A stretch of 64,000 bases of DNA from Candidatus Saccharimonadales bacterium (GCA_035480715.1 DATIHL010000015.1:72384-136383); one strand, 5' to 3'. Positions 33,482-43,109 are shown, counted from the first letter of the stretch. Numbers and translations are program-made. Notes: generated by a model not told the origin, from the letters alone.

Positions 33482-34618
33482 CTAAAAACTTGCATAATAG
33501 CTGGTGACGGTGCTTGAACAGATGGACTGCAGTGAGCTCGGCAGGCTGGTGCACAGCTGTCTGGCCTGCAAATCGCTATGGAAATAAGAAATAAAGTCTT
33601 TGGCAGCGCCGATTACACAATTACTCTCGGCCTCAAAATCTTTGCCTAAAAGACATGTGGCTTTTGTAGTGTCTTTGTTGCTGACGCTCTGGCCGGATGC
33701 ATCGCGCCCTAAGCTTTGATAACAAGTGGCGCGGTATGGTGCCGACGTGTTGGCGCAAAGTTCAAAAACACTACTAAAATTGTAGTTTTCGACCTGCAAG
33801 GCATAAGACGTTTGCATCAGGTAGCACTGCTCTTTGTATTGGTCGCTTATCGCCGTGCAAGGATACATTGGCTGGTCGGCCTTAAGATAGGCAGAAGAGT
33901 GATCAACTGTTTCGTCCGGGCTTTGGACAGTTAAAATATTTTGCATAAAGGTGCCGCCGTAACAGGATTGGCGTTCCCAACTATCTGTTATTTTGTCGCA
34001 GGCATAGAGTGATTGAAATAGATTTCCGTCGAGCGCCTCCATGACTCCATGCCCCAATCCGTGCACACAATTGTAGTGATCAAATGAATAGCGCGCTTTC
34101 TGGGCAATCGGTACACAAATATTGTTCAAATTTGCTAAGAAGTTAGCCGTTCCCTGCTCGTCGGCAACCTGCTCCATCATGCCGTGGTAATAACCGGCCC
34201 AGCAAAATTGGTCGCCGTGCGCAAAAGCGTCGGCAATGTTGCCGTATTTGGCATAGGCCGCCCGGCCAATAACGTGCGCCAGTTGGTGGCACTGGCTCTT
34301 TATATACGGAACTGTTGAGTATTGTTTCTTAATTAGCGCAAATGCCGCCTGCGGCCCGTTTTGCGTTGTGATATCAGTCAGCTCGGATTTATAACAACTA
34401 AATGTGATCGTATTGTTTTGGGCGCAAGTATCAGGGGGCGCTACTACGTTGTTTGCCGTATTGGCAGCTGTTTTTTTATGAGCTTGATCCAGGCGCGTAA
34501 AAGTAGCCAGAAGTAACAACAAAATAAGTATGCTACCTATAAAAAACCGAGCCCTTTTGGCTTTTTTAAGGTGTCGCGAGAACTTAAATCTTCGGTTTTT
34601 CTTCTTAGTTTTTGACAT
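33482..34618 (-). CDS. secreted Cys-rich repeat protein, function unknown
   Basis: 378 aa. N-terminal anchor, then recurrent Cys-led helical motifs (QCHQLAHVIG, NCVHGLGHGV, QSCYGGTFMQ, EQCYLMQTSY, ATCYQSLGRD, SNCVIGAAKD). Confidence 0.6.
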   Translation of the reverse strand: MSKTKKKNRRFKFSRHLKKAKRARFFIGSILILLLLLATFTRLDQAHKKTAANTANNVVAPPDTCAQNNTITFSCYKSELTDITTQNGPQAAFALIKKQYSTVPYIKSQCHQLAHVIGRAAYAKYGNIADAFAHGDQFCWAGYYHGMMEQVADEQGTANFLANLNNICVPIAQKARYSFDHYNCVHGLGHGVMEALDGNLFQSLYACDKITDSWERQSCYGGTFMQNILTVQSPDETVDHSSAYLKADQPMYPCTAISDQYKEQCYLMQTSYALQVENYNFSSVFELCANTSAPYRATCYQSLGRDASGQSVSNKDTTKATCLLGKDFEAESNCVIGAAKDFISYFHSDLQARQLCTSLPSSLQSICSSTVTSYYASF

Positions 34619-34626
34619 TAGTTATT

Positions 34627-35124
34627 TTACTTAACTGGAGCATAATCGACGTGGCAGGCGCCCATCCCGGTCTTTTCGGTGTATTTTTGGTGGTAGTCTT
34701 CCGCTAGCCAGAATGTATTGGCTTTTTCTAAAGTAGTAACAATTTTGCTATCAAATTGGTTCTTATTTAGTTCGTTAATTACTTTTTGAGCCGCGTCTTT
34801 TTGTTCGTTATCAAGGTAGAAAATGGCCGAACGGTAACTGTCCCCAACGTCGGGGCCTTGACGATTGAGTTGAGTGGGATCGTGCATTCGGAAAAACTGC
34901 TGCAGTAGTGTCTCGTAGGTAACTTTTTTTGGATCATAGATGATTTTGGTTGCCTCAGCATGGCCGGTTGTATGGCTGCACACCATTTCGTAAGTAGGTT
35001 TGTCGACGTGGCCACCGATGTATCCGACTTCCGTCTCTATAACTCCAGGCACTTGATCAAAATAATATTGTACTCCCCAAAAACATCCAGCAGCAAAAAT
35101 CGCGGTTTCGGTCTTAGTAGCCAT
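34627..35124 (-). CDS. msrA: peptide-methionine (S)-S-oxide reductase
   Basis: 165 aa. AIFAAGCFWGVQYYF active-site motif. Confidence 0.92.
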   Translation of the reverse strand: MATKTETAIFAAGCFWGVQYYFDQVPGVIETEVGYIGGHVDKPTYEMVCSHTTGHAEATKIIYDPKKVTYETLLQQFFRMHDPTQLNRQGPDVGDSYRSAIFYLDNEQKDAAQKVINELNKNQFDSKIVTTLEKANTFWLAEDYHQKYTEKTGMGACHVDYAPVK

Positions 35125-35133
35125 ATCTCTATT

Positions 35134-35931
35134 TTACCCCAGATCGCGGCGGTCAAAGACGCGCCAGGCAAAAACTCCTAAAATCAGAGTTGCGAGCAGC
35201 AGCCCCACAGCGTTATGCCAGCTATAGTTGCCATATAATATTTCACTTGGGTGGTAATAATTATGGGGTAGAACTTTGGAAGGCCACCTTAGCCAACTAA
35301 CCACCGAGGATAGAGAAACAATGATGTAACTACCAAGCGCGATAAAAGCCGCGATGCCAGCACCGGCCGCCCGCGCTGAGCGTCCAATCGAGCTAATCAT
35401 AAAGGCTACAGCTCCAAAAAGCAGGCTCAATATAGCCGCGAACAGGGTGGCGACCTCGATATTAATGACCGAAACGCCAAGGTGCACCAAATGACCGACA
35501 AGCAAAGCAGTAACTAAAGCAGCTATAGCAACGCTGGTGAGAATAATTATTGCAGCGATGGCTTTAGCCACTATGAGCCTTGCGCGAGACAGAGGCCTTG
35601 CGAGTAAAAGCTCAAGGGTGCCGCTCTCTTCTTCTTTGGCAATTATGCTGCTGCCGACAATTACCGACATGATGCTGAGCAGTAGTGGCAGCATCAGATA
35701 AAATACCCTGCCCGATAGAAAATCTTCAGGCGTCGAAAAGCTGCCTGTATCAGTAAACAGTGCTTTAGCGGTGGTCGATAGATGTGCCAGCACCTGGTTG
35801 AATTGGGCGGCTTGATCGCGGAAGGTCGGGTAAAATGCCAGGCTGATCACCATAAAAGCGGCTATGCCAAACGTCCACCAGAAGATAAACCAGCGGCGCT
35901 GCCACAGAGTCCATTTTATAACTGGAATCAT
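35134..35931 (-). CDS. ABC-2-type transporter permease
   Basis: 265 aa, six hydrophobic segments. 4-nt overlap with the upstream ATPase gene. Confidence 0.75.
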   Translation of the reverse strand: MIPVIKWTLWQRRWFIFWWTFGIAAFMVISLAFYPTFRDQAAQFNQVLAHLSTTAKALFTDTGSFSTPEDFLSGRVFYLMLPLLLSIMSVIVGSSIIAKEEESGTLELLLARPLSRARLIVAKAIAAIIILTSVAIAALVTALLVGHLVHLGVSVINIEVATLFAAILSLLFGAVAFMISSIGRSARAAGAGIAAFIALGSYIIVSLSSVVSWLRWPSKVLPHNYYHPSEILYGNYSWHNAVGLLLATLILGVFAWRVFDRRDLG

Positions 35932-36833
35932 TTGCCGCTCCTTCTATAAAAATGCAGGAATTCTTCTTCTAGTGAAGACTCGCGTCTGTCCAGACTATTA
36001 ACTTTGTGCTTGGCCAATATGGTAAACAGAGGTGTTAAGTCGCCGCGCATCTGTACCGAAACGTAACGCGGTGTATGTACGGCTACTTTGACTTTAGCTA
36101 TGCGTCGAATTTCAGCTAGAGGTGCTTCTTTGGCGAACGAAATATCGTATGTCTGAGTAGTTTCTTTAGAAAAATCACCTATGGTTTGCTCTGCAATGAG
36201 TTTACCCTCGCGGATAAATCCTACACGATCGCACATCTTTTGCACTTCGGTCAGGTTATGGCTACTGATAAACAGAGTTGCGCCGCGGGTCTTATTTTGG
36301 CGTACAAGTTCAAAAAAGGCTTCTTGCATCAGCGGATCGAGCCCGCCGGTGGGCTCATCGAGTATCAATACATCGGGCTCGTGCATAAAAGCCTGGATGA
36401 TGCCAAGTTTTTGGCGGTTACCTTTAGAAAGATTGCCAATTTTTTGATTTTGCTCAAAATTAAATAGCCTGATAAGTTCACGCATATAGCTGGCGCGTTT
36501 AGGAGGTTGAAGATCGCTCATATATTCCAGGAATTGACGGCCGGTCATCTTAGGGTAAAGAGCGATTTCGCCTGACAGATATCCAACTTTGGACTTAATT
36601 TCTACTGAGTCCACCACCGTATCAAGGTCCATAATTTTAGCTTCGCCCAGTGTGGGTAGGATAAAGTTCATCAGCAGACGTATGGTAGTAGTTTTGCCAG
36701 CGCCATTCGGCCCTAAAAAGCCGTAAACTTCGCCAAGTTTGATATCAAAGTCGAGGCCGCGCAAGGCGTATTTTTTCGTTCCCTGATATTTTTTACTCAA
36801 ATTATAGGCAGAAATCGCCACATCACGAGCCAT
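35928..36833 (-). CDS. ABC transporter ATP-binding protein
   Basis: 301 aa. GPNGAGKTT, LSKGNRQKL, LILDEPTGGLD. Confidence 0.9.
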   Translation of the reverse strand: MARDVAISAYNLSKKYQGTKKYALRGLDFDIKLGEVYGFLGPNGAGKTTTIRLLMNFILPTLGEAKIMDLDTVVDSVEIKSKVGYLSGEIALYPKMTGRQFLEYMSDLQPPKRASYMRELIRLFNFEQNQKIGNLSKGNRQKLGIIQAFMHEPDVLILDEPTGGLDPLMQEAFFELVRQNKTRGATLFISSHNLTEVQKMCDRVGFIREGKLIAEQTIGDFSKETTQTYDISFAKEAPLAEIRRIAKVKVAVHTPRYVSVQMRGDLTPLFTILAKHKVNSLDRRESSLEEEFLHFYRRSGK

Positions 36834-36852
36834 TAGCCTTATTGTACAGGTT

Positions 36853-38382
36853 TTACGATTCGAGCTTTAGTCTTTTTATAAGCCACGCGCGCGGTAGAAT
36901 TGATAAGAACCAGCCGGCGCGCGGACCCTGCTCTTTGCCGATTAGCACTTTATATAGAGGCTTAAAGACTTGCTCTGGAGTTAAATTATGACTTTCTTTG
37001 AAATCATAAACAGCCTTATGGAACCACTCGCCATCGGCATCAGTTGGGGCCTGCTCTATCTTTTGAGCTAAGGCTGCTAAATATTCCTTTTCCGGCTGGC
37101 TGAATTTGGAGGCATCAACTTTCTCTAAAAGTTCAAATTTAATATCTTCCGGCGCCCACTTATTTAGCCAGGTATCAATAAAAGCCAGTTCTTTTTTAAT
37201 GATTTCGCTCTGTTCTTTAACCACATTTTTGTATTCGGTCCGCGCCAAAATCTCTAAGGTTTTTTCGGTATCTTTTAGGGCTGCCTGGTAGCTTTCGACC
37301 AGATGTGAAAATGGTATCAAACTAACTGTTGTGGCTATGCCAGCACTACAAATTTCGATTAGTTGTTTATCGTCGTCGGTTTTATCAGGCTTAGCCAAAA
37401 GTGTGGCATAATCGTCTATTAATTTAATAACGCCGTGGACTTGGTCGAAAAATAATTGTTTTTCAGGAGGAAACCTAAGAGTAAAATAACGTACAACTTC
37501 GGGCGGTAAGACCTTTGTTAGTTCTGATATAGCAATAATATTACCCGTACTTTTGCTCATCTTCTTAGTTTCGCCAGTGAGGTTAATGAAGTTATAAGGT
37601 ACAGGGTACGGTGGTTGGGCTTTAAAGACCTCTTTTATAATGGCAGCTCCAGTGTCGTAGCTGCCACCTTTAGTGGCGTGATCACGCCCAAAGGGCTCAA
37701 CCTGAACGCCTAATTGCCACCAACGGGCCGGCCAATCAACTCGCCAGTTGAGCTTAACTTCACCTTTTTCATAACTTGTAATTTCCTGCTCGCCATCAGG
37801 GTTTAAATAAGTAATTGTCTTATCATCCGTATTTATTGATACAAACCGGCGACTTTTAAGATACTCGCCTTCCATTATCTGAACCGGCGCCCAATCTTCT
37901 TCCAGCTTTCGACCTGACACTTCCTCTATAATCAGACGGATTTCGCCAACTGCCAACAGAGACTTTTCGATAACGCCAGTCATGGCGCCGCTACGGTACT
38001 TCTCGTGGCTACGGATAACTTCCATGTCCATGTGTAGTTTTTGAGCCGCACCCAAAAAATCGTTCAAAAAGAAGTTGGCATAGCTTTGATCAGAGCCATC
38101 GGGCGCCGGTACGTCGCAGTAAGGCCGACCTAGATATTTTTTAAAATCCTCCGAAACATTTACTGGCACTTTGCGGAAGGGATCAAGGTCATCAACATAA
38201 TGGATATGCCGAGCTTTTCGGCCGCGTCGTCGAAGTTCTAAGAGGACAGCGTCGCAAGTTAAAACTTCGCGTAGAGTCCCTACATGGTAAATCCCGGACG
38301 GCGAAACACCCGATTCGATAATGATTTCGCCCTCTGGATGTTTAGTAACAACCTCATCAGCAACCTTATTCAACCACTGCAT
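36853..38382 (-). CDS. lysS: lysine--tRNA ligase, class I type
   Basis: 509 aa. PSGIYHVGTLREV (HIGH-like) and KMSKSTGN (KMSKS); Rossmann-fold class I architecture rather than the usual bacterial class II. Confidence 0.88.
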   Translation of the reverse strand: MQWLNKVADEVVTKHPEGEIIIESGVSPSGIYHVGTLREVLTCDAVLLELRRRGRKARHIHYVDDLDPFRKVPVNVSEDFKKYLGRPYCDVPAPDGSDQSYANFFLNDFLGAAQKLHMDMEVIRSHEKYRSGAMTGVIEKSLLAVGEIRLIIEEVSGRKLEEDWAPVQIMEGEYLKSRRFVSINTDDKTITYLNPDGEQEITSYEKGEVKLNWRVDWPARWWQLGVQVEPFGRDHATKGGSYDTGAAIIKEVFKAQPPYPVPYNFINLTGETKKMSKSTGNIIAISELTKVLPPEVVRYFTLRFPPEKQLFFDQVHGVIKLIDDYATLLAKPDKTDDDKQLIEICSAGIATTVSLIPFSHLVESYQAALKDTEKTLEILARTEYKNVVKEQSEIIKKELAFIDTWLNKWAPEDIKFELLEKVDASKFSQPEKEYLAALAQKIEQAPTDADGEWFHKAVYDFKESHNLTPEQVFKPLYKVLIGKEQGPRAGWFLSILPRAWLIKRLKLES

Positions 38383-38433
38383 AAAGCTAGTTTATAGTTT
38401 TTAGTTTTTAGTGGCTAGTACACTAATCCCAGA

Positions 38434-38552
38434 CTAGGCTTTCTCAGCGATGCAGTACGAGGAAGCCGCGAAGCACGGACTGAGGTGTATTCAAGATACT
38501 CCGAAGGAGTACTGTAGTGGCTGACGAAGTAATGCGCGTTGAGAAAGCCTAG
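38434..38552. repeat. structured element family Y, copy B
   Basis: Perfect 13-bp outer stem CTAGGCTTTCTCA (38434-38446) / TGAGAAAGCCTAG (38540-38552). The 3' arm contains the greA stop codon. Inner stem CAGTAC/GTACTG and core GAAGCACGGACTGAG plus a GTAT..ATAC hairpin. Confidence 0.65.
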
Positions 38553-39007
38553 GATATGTGGGTGATTTTGTAGGCTGTATCTGGGGAATTTTTGATTACT
38601 ACTTTGTCACCGATTTTTTTGCCAAGCAAAACCTTGCCAATCGGTGATTCGTCGCTGATTTTACCTGACAAGGGGTCGGCTTCCATAGTCCCGACGACCT
38701 GGAATTCTTTGGTCTTGCCATCTGCGGCCTTCAGTTTAACACTGTTGCCTAGTTTAACGTCGCCGTTGCCTTTGGGTTTCTTTATAATCTGCATATTCTG
38801 CAATACATGCTCGAGCTCAGAGATACGGGTTTCTAGTCTGTCCTGTTCCTCGCGGGCAGTTTGGTATTCGGCATTTTCCGATAGATCACCCAACTCACGA
38901 GCTTGCTTGATTCGCTCAGCTACACCACTACGTTGACCAATAAGGCCTTTGAGCTCAGATTTAAGCCCATCTACTCCTTCTTGAGTTAAGCGGAAAAGTT
39001 TTTTCAT
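38549..39007 (-). CDS. greA: transcription elongation factor GreA
   Basis: 152 aa. Coiled-coil N-terminus with ELGDLSENAEYQTAREEQ and a C-terminal FKBP-like domain. Confidence 0.92.
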   Translation of the reverse strand: MKKLFRLTQEGVDGLKSELKGLIGQRSGVAERIKQARELGDLSENAEYQTAREEQDRLETRISELEHVLQNMQIIKKPKGNGDVKLGNSVKLKAADGKTKEFQVVGTMEADPLSGKISDESPIGKVLLGKKIGDKVVIKNSPDTAYKITHIS

Positions 39008-39073
39008 TAACTTGAACCACTACCTTTCTTACGGTTTATGCTCACCCAACGTACTGTATGCTGGATGATTATA

Positions 39074-40342
39074 TCAATCTTGTAACAGTTTTTCCAGTGT
39101 GCCGGCGAGGTCATTATTAGGGATTAGTTGAGCTTCGTCCGATGTCCGGAGTTTAAGCTCAACGACGCCTTGCTCAACGGTTTTATCGCTGATGACTATT
39201 CGGCCTGGTATGCCCATTAAATCGGCGTCTACAAGTTTTTCCCCAGCTGTTGCGAGGGCCCGGTCATCATATATTACTCCAACACCTGAACGTGTCAAGG
39301 AAGTGTAAGCGCTTTCAGCCCCTTCTATCACCTTAGGATCATTACCCAGACTGGCCAAATAGACTTTGAATGGTGCGATATTGACTGGCCATACCAATCC
39401 TTTATCATCGGCAAAATGCTCGGCAATGAGTCCCATCAACCGGCTAACTCCTATACCATAACAACCCATCAGAATTGATTTTTGGCGGCCTTGATCATCA
39501 ACGTAAACCAGACCAAGAGCATCCGAATACTTAGATCCCAGCGAGAAAATATTGCCGACTTCGACAGCTTTTTCTTCTACCAGATCGGCCTTATTCAGTC
39601 CTAGTTTGACTAATATTTCATCGGCATAAACTTCTTTATTAATGGCCAATTTCTTAGCCTTGTCTAGAAAGATTGTGTCCTCGCCAACGTGGCTCAAGAT
39701 CTGAAATTCATCGCTAAACTCCGTGAATACTCCACCGCTGGCAAAAGTTCTGTAAGTTATATCTTCGGCAAAACCCAACCTTTTGAAAATCTTAAGATAA
39801 GCGGCAGCCACTTTTTCATAAAATTCTTTATGTTCCTGCTCGTTACGGCTATAAGAATAGAGATCCTTCATTAAAAACTCACGGCCGCGCAGCAGGCCGT
39901 TTTTGGCACGTAGTTCGTTTCTGAACTTAGTCTGTATTTGATAGGCGTATACCGGCAGATCTTTATAGGAGCTGACAAAATGCTTAAGGCCGTTAGTCAA
40001 AGGTTCTTCGTGAGTGAAACCGATACCGACTTCGGCGCCGCTGACTAACCTGGATTTAAACCAGTTGTCTACCTGCTTATCGTCCCAGCGGTTAGTAATT
40101 TCCCAAATCTCTTTGTTTTGCAGAGTGCTCATCAAAACTTCGTTGCCGCCGATGGCATTCATCTCTTCTCTAATAATAGTCGAGACGTTCTCTAAGACTG
40201 CCTTACCGAGTGTGAAGTAGCTATAAACACCAGCCATTTCTTTATGGATATAGCCGGCGCGGATTAATAGCTGCGCATTGCGAGCTTCTTCGTCGGCTGG
40301 CGCCTCCCGCCGCGTCTTGATAAATAGTTGTGAGCGTCTCAT
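39074..40342 (-). CDS. proS: proline--tRNA ligase (short form without a full INS editing domain)
   Basis: 422 aa. N-terminus SQLFIKTRREAPADEEARNAQLLIRAGYI, class II motifs, C-terminal anticodon-binding domain. Confidence 0.88.
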   Translation of the reverse strand: MRRSQLFIKTRREAPADEEARNAQLLIRAGYIHKEMAGVYSYFTLGKAVLENVSTIIREEMNAIGGNEVLMSTLQNKEIWEITNRWDDKQVDNWFKSRLVSGAEVGIGFTHEEPLTNGLKHFVSSYKDLPVYAYQIQTKFRNELRAKNGLLRGREFLMKDLYSYSRNEQEHKEFYEKVAAAYLKIFKRLGFAEDITYRTFASGGVFTEFSDEFQILSHVGEDTIFLDKAKKLAINKEVYADEILVKLGLNKADLVEEKAVEVGNIFSLGSKYSDALGLVYVDDQGRQKSILMGCYGIGVSRLMGLIAEHFADDKGLVWPVNIAPFKVYLASLGNDPKVIEGAESAYTSLTRSGVGVIYDDRALATAGEKLVDADLMGIPGRIVISDKTVEQGVVELKLRTSDEAQLIPNNDLAGTLEKLLQD

Positions 40343-40361
40343 AGATTGTCTTTATTTTAAG

Positions 40362-41192
40362 CTAAAAGAGTACTCCGTGAAAGTGGACGCCGAAAGCAAC
40401 TACGTTGTTCATAGCATGTACTAACATGCCAGCGTAAAGTGCACCAGTTCGTTCGCGTAGATAAACTAAAACAACCGATAACAAAAAGGTATCGATGCCG
40501 GCGACCCACAATGGCGTACCATCGGAACCCGAACCCAGATGAGCCAGCCCAAAAAGAACACTCGTAACCAGCATTGCCGGGATAAAGCGCCAGCGGGATC
40601 GCAGTCCGGAATAAAGATAACCTCTGACTAATGTCTCCTCACCTATAGGTGGTAAAAATACCAATGCCGAAAAAGCCAGAATCTGGTCGAGTGATGAATT
40701 TAAGCTGTTAAAACCGACATCTTGAGCTTCTTTGGTATTGATATCCGGCGAAAAAATATTGACAATGATAGAAGCAATAACTATAAGCACGTAGAACGCA
40801 AAAGCGCCAACAAGCGCTCGTTTTACATCCCGGAACTTTGGCCGTCGCCCCAATCCGATTGAGGCCAAACTCAGCCCTCTGAATTCTTTGACCACAAAAA
40901 TTGTCAGAACGGCTGCTAGGCCTTCGGCCAACAGCACATAAAAAAATTGTATTGGTGCGGATTGGTTGAGTGCATTTGACAGAGACGAGTGCGGGTGGAT
41001 TAGACCATTCCCTATCCCAATAAACAAAACGGCTATAAATTGGCTAAATAAAAATATCAGCAGCGTTATTAAAATAACCGTCCACGGACTGCCTAGATCT
41101 TTGGAATCTTTTCTTCTAAATTTGAAGCCTTTGCGGCGTTTTAGTGACTGAGAACCTGCTTGATGCTCAGAGGAATCTACGGACATCGACAA
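40362..41192 (-). CDS. CPBP-family intramembrane glutamic endopeptidase
   Basis: 276 aa. GEETLVRGYLY, FGLAH, HAMNN motifs. The 5' end overlaps the rseP 3' end by 26 nt (alternative later start possible). Confidence 0.8.
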   Translation of the reverse strand: MSMSVDSSEHQAGSQSLKRRKGFKFRRKDSKDLGSPWTVILITLLIFLFSQFIAVLFIGIGNGLIHPHSSLSNALNQSAPIQFFYVLLAEGLAAVLTIFVVKEFRGLSLASIGLGRRPKFRDVKRALVGAFAFYVLIVIASIIVNIFSPDINTKEAQDVGFNSLNSSLDQILAFSALVFLPPIGEETLVRGYLYSGLRSRWRFIPAMLVTSVLFGLAHLGSGSDGTPLWVAGIDTFLLSVVLVYLRERTGALYAGMLVHAMNNVVAFGVHFHGVLF

Positions 41193-42354
41193 TAGTTATT
41201 AGTATAAACAGCGCCAAAAGCAGGGCCATACTGGCCCCCACAATACTTTCTTCTACTTTGCGGCTTAGTGGTCGGCGCAGTAGGCCGCGCGAAATCAAAA
41301 TCAAAAATAGGCGACCACCATCCAGCGCCGGGATAGGTAGGACATTCATCAGCGCCAATGTCAGCGAAATTATGGCGATTATCATCAATACAAAGTAAAT
41401 ACCCAGTGTGCCGCTCCCCCACAAAATGGCGCCAATCGCCACTGGTCCGCCCACCTGAGATGTGGCTTTAGTCTGGCCATTCTCGCGCGCTCGGTGGTTA
41501 CCTGTCAGGCCACCGGCGATTATGGAAGCCAATCCTGACAGAGCGTGTCCCAACCCCTGAAACGTCAGCACAAATAGCTGTTTAGTAAAGCCCAGCGCGA
41601 CAATCGGAGCGCTCCAGGTGCTGCGCCTAATCTGTAACTCAGTTGGCGAAATACCCAAATTGCCCTTTGGATTGTCAGATTTAATACTGGCTTGTACCTC
41701 GGCGGCGCTACGCAGTTTAACATCTTTAGTAACCAGCTGGTTGTTGTGTTTGTATGTCAGCTGGATGGCTTGCCCGGCGAAATCATGCGTGGCATCGTGC
41801 AGTTGTTGTACGTTTTTAATGCTTCGAACGTCCGAGCCGTTTTTGACCTGCAAAATTATATCGCGGGATGAAAGTCCGATTTTATCGGCTGGTGATCCAG
41901 GCTGAATATAGCCGGCGATCAGATCCTGGTGGGACACTTTAGTGTCGCTAGCTACCGTAAATTGATCCTGGCCAACTGAATCTTGCGTTAGCAGTTTGGG
42001 CATGCCAACAAGTGCTAGAATGGTCAAAAGCACCAAGCCAGTGATCAGATTCATAAATACACCCGCCAGTATTATCTTAGTCTTAGCCAGTAGTGAAGCC
42101 GCACCAAAGCTGCCGGACCTGGTGTCGGAATCGTTTTCTCCTTTGAGTTTTACAAAACCGCCTATTGGTAACCAGTTTAAACTGATAATCATGCCGGACT
42201 TTAGCTTTTTGCCCCACGCGCGCGGTGGAATGCCCAAGCCGAATTCTTCGGCTTTAACGCCGTTTCTTCTGGCTACAAAAAAGTGTCCCCACTCGTGAAC
42301 AATCACCAAACCGGCAAACAATACCAAACCTAGAATAAAAAGTAGAGTTTGCAT
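41167..42354 (-). CDS. rseP: RIP metalloprotease RseP (M50 site-2 protease) with PDZ
   Basis: 395 aa. HEWGHFFVARRNG zinc motif, PDZ segment, C-terminal NVLPIPALDGG. Confidence 0.9.
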   Translation of the reverse strand: MQTLLFILGLVLFAGLVIVHEWGHFFVARRNGVKAEEFGLGIPPRAWGKKLKSGMIISLNWLPIGGFVKLKGENDSDTRSGSFGAASLLAKTKIILAGVFMNLITGLVLLTILALVGMPKLLTQDSVGQDQFTVASDTKVSHQDLIAGYIQPGSPADKIGLSSRDIILQVKNGSDVRSIKNVQQLHDATHDFAGQAIQLTYKHNNQLVTKDVKLRSAAEVQASIKSDNPKGNLGISPTELQIRRSTWSAPIVALGFTKQLFVLTFQGLGHALSGLASIIAGGLTGNHRARENGQTKATSQVGGPVAIGAILWGSGTLGIYFVLMIIAIISLTLALMNVLPIPALDGGRLFLILISRGLLRRPLSRKVEESIVGASMALLLALFILITIVDVRRFL

Positions 42355-42383
42355 TCCCCTTAAGTATAACAGTCAGCCTGAGG

Positions 42384-42947
42384 CTAAACTGTAAGTATTT
42401 CTTCCTCTTTGGCTTTGGCTAGCTCGTCGACTTCGTTTTTTTGTTTGGTCAGTAGCTCGTCGACTTGTTTTTCGAAGCGCAGGCGTTCGTCTTTACCGAT
42501 ATCTTTGTCTTTTTCGGCCTGCTCGCCTCTATGAAACGCTTCGTGCCGAGCATTACGGGCAGAAATTAGGCATTCTTCGACTTTTTGGTGAAGGATTTTA
42601 ACCATATCCTGGCGGTTTTCGGTGGTCATTGGCGGCAGATTGACGCGCACCACCCGGCCGTCATCTGTAGGTGTTAGGCCTAATGATTGATCATTGCGAA
42701 TAGCGTCGGCTATAGGCTGCAAATTATTCGGGTCAAATGGAGTGATTTGCAGCAGTTGTGGTTCCGGCACAGCGATAGAGGCAATACTCTTGAGCGGCAT
42801 AGCTTGGCCGTAAGCCTCGACCATTACGCTATCGAGCATGCTGGGATGGGCGCGGCCGGTCCGGAGTTTTCTAAGTTCGTCTTTAAAATGAAAGGTCGCT
42901 TGGTCTAACTTGGTCTTTGTCTCGGAAACAATCTGATTGGGATTCAC
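42384..42947 (-). CDS. frr: ribosome recycling factor
   Basis: 187 aa, GTG start after AAGGAG. LRKLRTGRAHPSMLDSVMVEAYG signature. Confidence 0.93.
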   Translation of the reverse strand: MNPNQIVSETKTKLDQATFHFKDELRKLRTGRAHPSMLDSVMVEAYGQAMPLKSIASIAVPEPQLLQITPFDPNNLQPIADAIRNDQSLGLTPTDDGRVVRVNLPPMTTENRQDMVKILHQKVEECLISARNARHEAFHRGEQAEKDKDIGKDERLRFEKQVDELLTKQKNEVDELAKAKEEEILTV

Positions 42948-42989
42948 TCACAACTCCTTAAAACTTGTCTGGATACATTATAAGCTAAA

Positions 42990-43018
42990 TTGCAAATATA
43001 CGCCTTTTATGCTATGAT
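42990..43018 (+). promoter_or_regulatory. sigma70-type promoter of the mini-ORF operon
   Basis: TTGCAA (42990-42995), 17 nt, TATGAT (43013-43018). About 85 nt of leader before the first SD. Confidence 0.55.
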
Positions 43019-43109
43019 ATACGTCTAGCTAATGCCCTGCACGCTCAAGCGGGCCTGCCTAGCGGCAGTTTAGGTGTTGGCCCGTTCTTTACAACTTGGA
43101 GGAGAAAAA

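Noticed and set aside
38453-38514. Self-cleaving ribozyme cores (hammerhead CUGAUGA...GAAA, twister AAGC...GGG) in the conserved GACUGAG / AAGCNC blocks of family Y
   Set aside because: Only partial string resemblance. The required helices and conserved junction nucleotides cannot be placed.
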